From the NCBI GenBank assembly GCA_910586215.1, contig CAJUGH010000015.1, positions 22,253 through 86,252 of the forward strand: a DNA stretch of 64,000 bases. Direction: 5' to 3'. This DNA is from an uncultured Acetatifactor sp. GTDB taxonomy: Bacteria; Bacillota; Clostridia; Lachnospirales; Lachnospiraceae. Shown in pieces: positions 19,191 to 26,441 of this stretch (the first letter of the stretch is position 1; the number at the start of each line of letters is the position of its first letter). The position numbers were made by a program, and so were the translations under genes. The notes under the pieces were generated by a model. It saw only the letters and a list, made by a program, of their open reading frames with translations. It was not told the DNA's origin and did not search any database.

Positions 19191-21216
19191 TCCGTCTGCG
19201 CTTCGGCTTCCCGTCTGCGCCCGGCGCCCTGCCACTGCCATCCTTCGGCTGTCCGTCCGCGTGTGGCCCCTGCCCTTTTCCATGCTTTCCATGGGAGGAG
19301 ATGCCGGCAGCGTCCCTGGCAGCCCGGCCTCCCCGGCGGGACAGTGCAAAGCAGTCATCACAGATGCCGAAGGCATTCTGGAAGTTCAAGGGAATCCCAC
19401 AATATTTACATTTGCGGATATACATTTTCTTGTCCCTGGACAGGTAACGCATGATGGTATCTTCCGTCTGGGTCCGTTCCCGCTCCAGTCTGTCCAGATC
19501 GATCTCCTTGCCCATCCGCACGGAGAACTGGTAGTAGAGGTCCAGCAGCTTGTAGAAAGTCTCATAGCGCAGAAGTCCTGTGTCTGTGCACATCATCAGC
19601 GCAGGGAAGTGCAGGGACACATCTGCGGTGTAATTCTTGCAGTAATACAGCCAGAGGGCTACCACATCCTGGTTCTTGATGTCGATGGAGCAGGTCAGCA
19701 TGCGGTATAGGATATGCTTGTCCTCAAAGCCATCGATGTCTTTACGTTCCTGGTAGGCTTTCTCATACAGGAACAGGACTTCTTCGATGCTGATCTTCTC
19801 GAAGGGAGGTTCTATCTCCACGGACTTCCAGATGTTCATCACGGCATCCAGTGGATCATCCATATCCAGAAGCACCTGGGGAAATCCCAGGCTCACATGA
19901 TCCACTTTGGGATCTTCTTCATAAAAATGTGCCCGGATGAAATCCAGTCCCTCCTGGCTCACTGCATTCACATATCCGGTATCGTACAGGCCGAACCGTC
20001 CCGCCCGTCCGGCAATCTGGTGGATCTCAGGAACCGCCAGGGGGCGGGTGCTTTTACCGTCAAATTTGGTGGTCTGGACAAATACGATCCGCCGTACCGG
20101 CAGGTTCAGTCCCATGCCTATGGCATCCGTGGACACAATGACACGGGTCTTCTTCTCCAGGAAGATACGGATCTGCCTGCGCCGGATCTCCGGGGGAAGG
20201 CTGCCATAGATCACGCTGACCTGGATCCCGTCACGCTCCAGGCGCCCGGCGATATCCAGCACCATCCGCTTGGTGAATACGATCAAGGCGTCCCCATCCT
20301 GTACGTCCTCCGGGAAGGAGAAAGGTTTTTCCTCACAGAGCAGGCGTGTCTTGCGCTCATACTGGTGGGCCTCATAGGTATCCCCGCACAGGGAGATCAG
20401 ATGGGTGATGACTTCCTTGGCAGAGGGGCTGAGACACACATGGATCTCTGCTGCCTGCACGCCCAGGATGGCCCTGGTCCAGGAATGGCCCCTGTCAGAA
20501 TCCGCAATCATCTGTGCCTCGTCAATGACTGCCACATCATACTGCTGATCTAAGTCCAGCATCTCCACGGTGGAAGAGATGATCCGGCTGTTCTCCTCAT
20601 AGATGCGTTCCTCCCCGGTGAGCATGGTACAGGGAATACCAGCATCCTTCATCTTCTCATAGACTTCCAGGGCCAGGAGACGCAATGGACCCAGGTAGAC
20701 ACCGTTTGCCGCCTGCTGGAGCCGCTCCAGTGCGTGGTAGGTCTTCCCGCAGTTAGTAGGGCCGATGTGGAGCACGAAGTGCCGGGACATCTCCAGGGCT
20801 TTGGGGAATTCTGTCTCCGGTCTGGTGGGAACCAGGCCGATGATCTGGTCGCGCAGTTCCCCGTTCATATAGCGGTTTACAACGGAGCGCAGGCTTTTCT
20901 GGCAGATATCGTAGGTCTGCTCCGTGCGCAGGTATTCCAGCAGCTTTGCAGTGACCAGTTCCTGCTCTTCCGGCCGTAGGCTGCCCAGGTCCAGGCGCAC
21001 CAGTTCACTTACCATGAGATCACGGATCTTCATGACGGCGATCTGGTTGTTCTCCCGGACGGCAAAATAGGACAGGTTTTTCACCTGTCTGTGAAATTCT
21101 TCCAGGTGGGCCTGGCTCGCCCTGCCGCTTTCCATCTGTTTCATCTCCGCAAGGAGACGGTCAATCCGCTCTACGTAATTCTTCCTGCCTGTATTATTTT
21201 TCTTCTTTGTAGCCAT
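19162..21216 (-). CDS. SUV3-like superfamily-2 ATP-dependent helicase
   Basis: GPTNCGKTYHALERL, GPLRLLALEVYEK, DEAQMIADSDRGHSWTRAILG, STDAIGMGLNLP, IAGRAGRFG. A C-terminal CxxC..CxxC ribbon is followed by a Gly/Lys/Arg tail. An AGGGA RBS favours the ATG at 21216. Confidence 0.85.
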   Translation of the reverse strand: MATKKKNNTGRKNYVERIDRLLAEMKQMESGRASQAHLEEFHRQVKNLSYFAVRENNQIAVMKIRDLMVSELVRLDLGSLRPEEQELVTAKLLEYLRTEQTYDICQKSLRSVVNRYMNGELRDQIIGLVPTRPETEFPKALEMSRHFVLHIGPTNCGKTYHALERLQQAANGVYLGPLRLLALEVYEKMKDAGIPCTMLTGEERIYEENSRIISSTVEMLDLDQQYDVAVIDEAQMIADSDRGHSWTRAILGVQAAEIHVCLSPSAKEVITHLISLCGDTYEAHQYERKTRLLCEEKPFSFPEDVQDGDALIVFTKRMVLDIAGRLERDGIQVSVIYGSLPPEIRRRQIRIFLEKKTRVIVSTDAIGMGLNLPVRRIVFVQTTKFDGKSTRPLAVPEIHQIAGRAGRFGLYDTGYVNAVSQEGLDFIRAHFYEEDPKVDHVSLGFPQVLLDMDDPLDAVMNIWKSVEIEPPFEKISIEEVLFLYEKAYQERKDIDGFEDKHILYRMLTCSIDIKNQDVVALWLYYCKNYTADVSLHFPALMMCTDTGLLRYETFYKLLDLYYQFSVRMGKEIDLDRLERERTQTEDTIMRYLSRDKKMYIRKCKYCGIPLNFQNAFGICDDCFALSRRGGRAARDAAGISSHGKHGKGQGPHADGQPKDGSGRAPGADGKPKRRRKRYHRRQHM

Positions 21217-21527
21217 GGCACAGTCCCTGTACTGGGAAAAATAGAACTGTGACAGCTTTTCGCTCTGTATCATTGGAAAATACCATACCGGCCCTGGGGG
21301 CCGTCCTCATTATAGGTGGGAGTCATTGGATTGCGGGAGCGCAAAGCGTGGGGCAATCCAGGGAATCAAAAGGGTTCAAACACCCTTTGGCCAGACAGCA
21401 TCCTATGTCAGCATAAGTGTATCAATCTATAAGTATAGCATAGATTGCACGTCGGGGAAAGCCTAAAATGGGCAAAAATCTATGGGGACTTCGATATGTA
21501 AAAAAAGTGGCACGTAGCAGGAGATAA

Positions 21528-21536
21528 TGGTATAAT
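21528..21536 (+). promoter_or_regulatory. extended -10 promoter element upstream of the first methyltransferase
   Basis: TGGTATAAT (TGnTATAAT) about 60 nt upstream of the ATG at 21596. Confidence 0.4.
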
Positions 21537-21595
21537 ACTTAATTGAAAGTGGCAAGAGTGTCTTGTAAAATTGCTGTGGGAATTGAGGAGATGAT

Positions 21596-22654
21596 ATGGC
21601 AGGGAAGATAGTGGCTATAAGCCTTTTTTCGGGGGCCGGCGGCCTTGATGTGGCAAGCTTTGAAGCAGGGATACCGGTTATTTCAAGTATAGATATAGAG
21701 CATGACTGTATTGAGACATTAAAGCGAAATAGCAGATTTGACCAGACGGAAATCATGGAAGGCGATCTGCATCAGATTGAAAGTCCGGTTTTCAAGAACA
21801 TTCTGGACAGACACCCACATGACAAGTTCATTGTGATAGGTGGGGCGCCCTGCCAGCCCTTTTCCAAGGCTGGTTATTGGGTTGGACATGAAACCAGACG
21901 CGGCATTGATGACCCGCGGGCAACATTAGTGAATGAATATCTTCGTGTTGTTACAGATCTGCAGCCGGATGGGTTTGTCTTTGAAAATGTGGAAAGTCTT
22001 CTGCATCCTACGAATAAAGTGATCGTAGAGCGTTTTCTTGAAATCATTAAAGAAAGCGGATATAAATATAGAGTTGTGCGGGCAAATGCGATTGATTATG
22101 GTGTGGCACAGAGAAGAAAGCGGTTATTCATTCTTGGAACGAAAGAGGAATTCAAACGTACCGAGCCTGTGAAGACTCATGCAGATCCGGAAATCTGTGA
22201 AATGATAGGTTTGAAGCCCTATGTGAATGCTGGTGATGTTATCAAGGGGTATGAAGGATCAGAATATTTTGAGCCAGAGGAAGTTATGGAAGGTGGAACC
22301 TATTACCCAGATTTATGCGAGGTGCCTCCAGGGATGAATTATAAGGCGCTGACGGCTTGGTATGGATATCCCAATCCAAAGTTCATCGCTGAAAAACGTT
22401 ATTGGAGTTTCCTGCTGAAATTATCGCCGGATTTACCGTCCTGGACGATAACAGCATCTCCGGGACCATGGGTAGGCCCCTTCCACTGGGATAATCGCCG
22501 GCTCAGGGTTCCTGAAGTCGCGGCCTTGCAGGCTTTCCCAAGGGGATATCAATTTTACGGGACCCGACGTTCCATTCAGAAGCAGATTGGAAATGCAGTA
22601 CCGTCACTGATGGGAAAGGCTATGATAGAATTCGTCAAGGAGAGTCTGGAATAA
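21596..22654 (+). CDS. DNA (cytosine-5)-methyltransferase, complete
   Basis: Motif I LFSGAGGLD, IV GGAPCQPFS, VI ENV, VIII QRRKRLFILG, IX RRLRVPEVAALQAFP, X GNAVP. Confidence 0.92.
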   Translation: MAGKIVAISLFSGAGGLDVASFEAGIPVISSIDIEHDCIETLKRNSRFDQTEIMEGDLHQIESPVFKNILDRHPHDKFIVIGGAPCQPFSKAGYWVGHETRRGIDDPRATLVNEYLRVVTDLQPDGFVFENVESLLHPTNKVIVERFLEIIKESGYKYRVVRANAIDYGVAQRRKRLFILGTKEEFKRTEPVKTHADPEICEMIGLKPYVNAGDVIKGYEGSEYFEPEEVMEGGTYYPDLCEVPPGMNYKALTAWYGYPNPKFIAEKRYWSFLLKLSPDLPSWTITASPGPWVGPFHWDNRRLRVPEVAALQAFPRGYQFYGTRRSIQKQIGNAVPSLMGKAMIEFVKESLE

Positions 22655-23376
22655 TGCCAAATGTGATAAGCATCTTCTCTGGTGGAGGAGGAATTGATTG
22701 TGGGTTTCAAAGAGCCGGATACAATATTTGTCTGTCCACGGATAACTGGAGAACTGCCTGTGATACATTAGTACAAAACCATGTGGGGCGTCTGGTGGTC
22801 TGCGAGGATATCAGAAATGTAGACTATGCTGCTGAATTGGGGAAAATGGGTCTGACATTTTCTGATATAGATGTTCTTGTGGGAGGGCCCCCTTGTCCGG
22901 CATATTCAAAGTCCAGGTTCTATAGGACAGAATATAAGAGGGCATTGGATGACAAAAATTCTTTTACACTGTATGAGTATTTCCGTGCTTTGGATGAGAT
23001 ACGTCCAAAGGTATTCCTGTTTGAGAATGTCTTCGGCTTTGTATATAAGCCACATCAACCCGCCTTTGATTTGTTAAAGGAAAAAGCAGAAGAATGCGGA
23101 TATGACATTGCCATTAAGGTAGTAAACACAGCAGATTACGGTGTACCTCAGACAAGAGAACATTTTCTGTGTGTGGGAATAAAACGGGGGAAAGGAAAAC
23201 CATTTGTGTTTCCGGATGAAACGCATTATAATCCAGCAGGAGAACGAGGGCAAAACCATACAAGAGTTTGTACGGCGGCTGGCAGACAGATATTTTTCTG
23301 CGTCCTCAACCCCTGTAAAGATGGCAGGAAATATGAAAATCGCTATGACTTCGTATGGAATCGTTACGGATGGTGA
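22654..23376 (+). CDS. DNA (cytosine-5)-methyltransferase, C-terminally truncated (motifs I-VIII only; probable pseudogene)
   Basis: Motif I IFSGGGGID, IV GGPPCPAYS (PCP instead of PCQ), VI FENV, VIII PQTREHFLCVG. No TRD or motifs IX/X, and the last about 50 codons are non-homologous. TAATG overlap with the upstream gene. Confidence 0.6.
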   Translation: MPNVISIFSGGGGIDCGFQRAGYNICLSTDNWRTACDTLVQNHVGRLVVCEDIRNVDYAAELGKMGLTFSDIDVLVGGPPCPAYSKSRFYRTEYKRALDDKNSFTLYEYFRALDEIRPKVFLFENVFGFVYKPHQPAFDLLKEKAEECGYDIAIKVVNTADYGVPQTREHFLCVGIKRGKGKPFVFPDETHYNPAGERGQNHTRVCTAAGRQIFFCVLNPCKDGRKYENRYDFVWNRYGW

Positions 23377-24511
23377 TGTGAGCTTTACTGATATGGGGCG
23401 TGAATTATTGGAGATCCAAAAGGAAGAGGAGTTATATGATACTTTTGCGAAGAGAATCCTTCTCTATAGGAACGGCTTAAAGCTTGTTGAAACCTTGCGC
23501 CAGCTGGATATGAATGGTGAAGCAGCCACAAATGCATCGGTAAATAATGCGCTGATTGCGCAAGGATTTCAACTGAGACAGACTTCAAATAACGCACAGG
23601 TGATGAAACTGTGGCTGGAGAAAGCAAATATCCTTGATGGATGGCATATCAACGAGACGAAACTTTCAAGACTGATTGGGATTGAGAGCGAGGACATAGG
23701 ACCGCTGCGTGAATTGCCACCAGAGCAGTTTTATTTTCTGCTGGCGCTTTGCAATGCATCTTCTGATGAACCATTTGTCGCTACCGATGTACGGAACCTT
23801 GCGACAGCGACATTCAACTTTGAATTCGATGAAATATCTTTTGCCAATCGGGTGATAAAACCGTTACAGGATAAAGAACTGATTGTGGCAGAGAAGTCAA
23901 CGGAAGGTCGTGGGGCAAAGCCTTACATAGTCAGTCTTACTGATAAAACCAGACAAGAAGTAATCAAGCCATTGCTAGAGCAGTTTAAAGATCAAGTGGG
24001 AAGTCCGCTAACAGAAGCTTACTGTAAATCTTTTGCTGTTCTCCGTGAGGAAATTGACTCTGATGACAAATATAAGAAAGGCTTGGCTTTGGAAGCATTT
24101 GCCATCAAAGTCATGCGGATAATCGGACTGGACTTTGTGAAGACCCGATACCGGGACATACAGATTGGAGGAGCAGAAGTGGATGTCATATTTGATTCCA
24201 CACGTTTGACATATAATCGTTGGCAGGTCCAATGTAAGAATACGGCAACGGTAACCATTGACATGGTAGCAAAAGAAGTCGGTCTTTCGCATATGCTGAA
24301 GAGTAATGCCATTGTGATGATGACAACAGGACACCTTACAGATGATGCCAAAATGTATGCGAGGCGCATTATGGAAGACATGAACCTATGTATTTTGATG
24401 CTCCAGAAAGAAGATATTGATGCGATCATCGAGAACCCTACAAGCATTGTTTCAATATTAAATGCGCAGGCAGAAAACGCTAAGAGAATGAAAATCCTCC
24501 GTGAAGAGTAG
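23216..24511 (+). CDS. Mrr-type (PD-(D/E)xK) restriction endonuclease domain protein with large N-terminal domain
   Basis: C-terminal IGGAEVDVIF...WQVQCKN matches the Mrr_cat D...QxK core. About 290 aa of unassigned N-terminal sequence. The 5' end overlaps the truncated methyltransferase ORF. Confidence 0.75.
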   Translation: MKRIIIQQENEGKTIQEFVRRLADRYFSASSTPVKMAGNMKIAMTSYGIVTDGDVSFTDMGRELLEIQKEEELYDTFAKRILLYRNGLKLVETLRQLDMNGEAATNASVNNALIAQGFQLRQTSNNAQVMKLWLEKANILDGWHINETKLSRLIGIESEDIGPLRELPPEQFYFLLALCNASSDEPFVATDVRNLATATFNFEFDEISFANRVIKPLQDKELIVAEKSTEGRGAKPYIVSLTDKTRQEVIKPLLEQFKDQVGSPLTEAYCKSFAVLREEIDSDDKYKKGLALEAFAIKVMRIIGLDFVKTRYRDIQIGGAEVDVIFDSTRLTYNRWQVQCKNTATVTIDMVAKEVGLSHMLKSNAIVMMTTGHLTDDAKMYARRIMEDMNLCILMLQKEDIDAIIENPTSIVSILNAQAENAKRMKILREE

Positions 24512-24524
24512 ATATCTTTTCCTC

Positions 24525-24553
24525 TTGCCATTTCCCCAGGCAGCAGGTATAAT
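24525..24553 (+). promoter_or_regulatory. sigma-70 promoter of rnpB
   Basis: TTGCCA (24525-24530), 17-nt spacer, TATAAT (24548-24553). The P1 helix starts about 8 nt downstream. Confidence 0.7.
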
Positions 24554-24560
24554 ATTTCTG

Positions 24561-25002
24561 CACAAGTAAGACAAATGATCGCGGCCGCCCCATTGCGGTG
24601 CAGTGGGTGCGGGTGAGGAAAGTCCGGGCTTCACAGGGCAGGATGCCGGATAACGTCCGGTGGAGGCGACTCCAAGGCCAGTGCAACAGAGAGACACCGC
24701 CAGGAGGACAGGGGATGCCGGCCCAGGTGGCTGCCATTCCCTGGCCGGGAAGAATGGGCAGAGCCTATTCTTTTGGGAAATCATGTTTTACGATTCCCTG
24801 GTAAGGGTGGAAAGGCAGTGTAAGAGACTACCGTCCGTCCGGTAACGGGCGGAGCCATGTAAACCCCATCCGAAGCAAGACCAAGATGAAAGCCATAGGC
24901 TTGCCCGGCCTGCTTTCAGGTAGGTCGCTGGATGCGGCTGGCAACAGCCGTACTAGATAGATGATCATTCGCGACATAACCCGGCTTATCGTCCTGCTTG
25001 TG
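24561..25002 (+). ncRNA. rnpB: RNase P RNA (M1-type ribozyme)
   Basis: Universal P4 strand GAGGAAAGTCCGGGC near the 5' end and ACATAACCCGGCTTATCG near the 3' end. P1 pairing is CACAAGTAAGAC / GTCCTGCTTGTG. Confidence 0.9.
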
Positions 25003-25008
25003 TGAATG

Positions 25009-25047
25009 CCCCGCTGGATATGCCTTTTATGGGCGGTTCCAGCGGGG
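25009..25047 (+). terminator. stem-loop after rnpB (weak terminator)
   Basis: CCCCGCTGGA / TCCAGCGGGG 10-bp stem. The downstream U-tract is poor. Confidence 0.4.
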
Positions 25048-25093
25048 TGTATCTCTGTTCCGGAGATAGTCTTGTTCTTATTCCGACCTAAAA

Positions 25094-25678
25094 ATGTGGC
25101 ATGCAGCAGGGGAACACAGGCGGGATGAGAAGATAGACGGTATTATCTATGATATGTCACCGTCCCCGGGATATCAGCATGGGATTATCAATGGCAACAT
25201 TTATGCGAAGATCAGGCAGGGCCTAAAAGGGAGCATCTGCCTGGTATCCATGGAGAACCTGGGCTTCAGATACCACCCGGATAGCAATGATGACTACCTG
25301 TGCCCGGACATCATGGTCATCTGCGACAGGAAGCATCTGAAAGGCGGGGCTTACAGCGGGGTTCCCAGGTTCATTGCAGAGACCTTAAGCCCGTCTACGG
25401 CCAGGCGGGACAGGGCTGAGAAGAAGGAGATCTATGAGAAGGCAGGGGTGGAGGAATACTGGATCGTCCACCCCCAGGGAAAGTCTGTGGAGATCTATTA
25501 TCTGAAAGACAGATGCTATGTACTGGAACAGAGCTATATCCTGCAGGAAGATGCAGAAGAGGAAGATTACAATGCAGAAACGGAGATTGTCCTAAGGGAG
25601 TTCCCCCACATCCGGATGACACTTGGAGAGATATTTGAGGGGCTGGAAGTGGAGAGTGAATTGTTGGAGGAAAAGTAG
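25094..25678 (+). CDS. Uma2-family (DUF820) putative endonuclease
   Basis: IDGIIYDMSPSP..., PDIMVICD, PRFIAETLSPST, K..YEKAGVEEYWIV pattern. Confidence 0.8.
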   Translation: MWHAAGEHRRDEKIDGIIYDMSPSPGYQHGIINGNIYAKIRQGLKGSICLVSMENLGFRYHPDSNDDYLCPDIMVICDRKHLKGGAYSGVPRFIAETLSPSTARRDRAEKKEIYEKAGVEEYWIVHPQGKSVEIYYLKDRCYVLEQSYILQEDAEEEDYNAETEIVLREFPHIRMTLGEIFEGLEVESELLEEK

Positions 25679-26092
25679 ATGGAATATATAGAAAATGCGT
25701 TACACTATGAGGATTATTGTAAACTGAGGGAAAGTGTTGAGTGGTTGCCTTATGCAAAAGAGCAGACACAAAAAGCGCTTGCCAATAGCTTGTACACGGT
25801 GATAGCGGTGGATGATAATCAAACCATTGGAATGGGGAGACTGATAGGTGACGGAGTGTACTATGTGATAGTGGATATTGTGGTACACCCCAATTACCAT
25901 AAACAGGGTGTTGGCAGCAAAATCGTCAATATGTTAATTGAATATGTTGAAAAGGCTACACCAATCGGCGGGCGTTCCAGTGTACAGTTGATTGCAGTAA
26001 AAGGAAAAGAAGCCTTTTATGAAAAAATAGGGTTTAAAATAATTCCACATGAATTCTGTGGTTCTGGTATGAGGAAAATCATTCATAAGTAA
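25679..26092 (+). CDS. GNAT-family N-acetyltransferase
   Basis: Acetyl-CoA binding core IVVHPNYHKQGVGSKIV. The start codon directly follows the Uma2 stop (TAGATG). AT-rich gene. Confidence 0.85.
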   Translation: MEYIENALHYEDYCKLRESVEWLPYAKEQTQKALANSLYTVIAVDDNQTIGMGRLIGDGVYYVIVDIVVHPNYHKQGVGSKIVNMLIEYVEKATPIGGRSSVQLIAVKGKEAFYEKIGFKIIPHEFCGSGMRKIIHK

Positions 26093-26152
26093 GATCTGAT
26101 TTATAGGCAGATGGTTATCGTAATCATAGATGAATAAGTAATACAGCATCTA

Positions 26153-26187
26153 AGCACATAGAAAGTGCAGTCTATGTGCTCCTTTTT
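26153..26187 (+). terminator. rho-independent terminator
   Basis: AGCACATAG / CTATGTGCT stem followed by CCTTTTTAT. Confidence 0.75.
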
Positions 26188-26223
26188 ATAGAAATTTAAC
26201 CCTTCCAGGTGCTATGGGCCTGC

Positions 26224-26251
26224 TTGAAAAAGCCGTGGAATCTGTTATAAT
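26224..26251 (+). promoter_or_regulatory. candidate promoter of the COG0523 operon
   Basis: TTGAAA (26224-26229), 16-nt spacer, TGTTATAAT extended -10 (26243-26251). Confidence 0.5.
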
Positions 26252-26282
26252 AAAGGTTGCTGCAATGGCTGTTGTAGTACGT

Positions 26283-26387
26283 AAGGAATGGCAAACCCAT
26301 TCCTTTAAGAATGCCAAAGGCGGGCATTCTTCCAAGCGCGATTTTGCGCTTTGGTTTCACAGATTGTTTGTGCCAGAGTAGCTGGCA
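26283..26387 (+). promoter_or_regulatory. multi-hairpin 5' leader (unclassified cis-regulatory RNA candidate)
   Basis: Four consecutive hairpins: 26283-26305 (9 bp), 26307-26331 (9 bp), 26332-26354 (8 bp with a bulge), 26371-26387 (6 bp). The first two are sequence-related. Confidence 0.35.
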
Positions 26388-26441
26388 TGAGGGGAATCGT
26401 GAAAATAATTGGTGCGTTAAAGCACGTATGGAGGTGTAAAC

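Noticed and set aside
19714-20553. 279-aa plus-strand ORF
   Set aside because: It is antisense to the SUV3-like helicase gene, whose motifs are clear on the minus strand.
21290-21400. GGATTGC...GCAATCC and CAAAAGGGT...ACCCTTTGG hairpins between the helicase and the R-M islet as a riboswitch or sRNA
   Set aside because: I recognise no known motif, there is no U tract, and the strand is ambiguous. More likely they are helicase 5'-leader or promoter structures. Too weak to call.
26112-26135. Zur-box-like TCGTAATCAT near the COG0523 operon
   Set aside because: Only one half-site matches the Firmicute Zur palindrome (TCGTAATnATTACGA). It also lies upstream of the GNAT terminator, not in the predicted promoter of the operon.
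26388-26412. GGGGAATCGTGAAAATAAT resembling the 5' core of cobalamin riboswitches
   Set aside because: There is no B12 box, and no matching downstream helices or pseudoknot partner. The segment sits directly at the RBS rather than at the 5' end of the leader.
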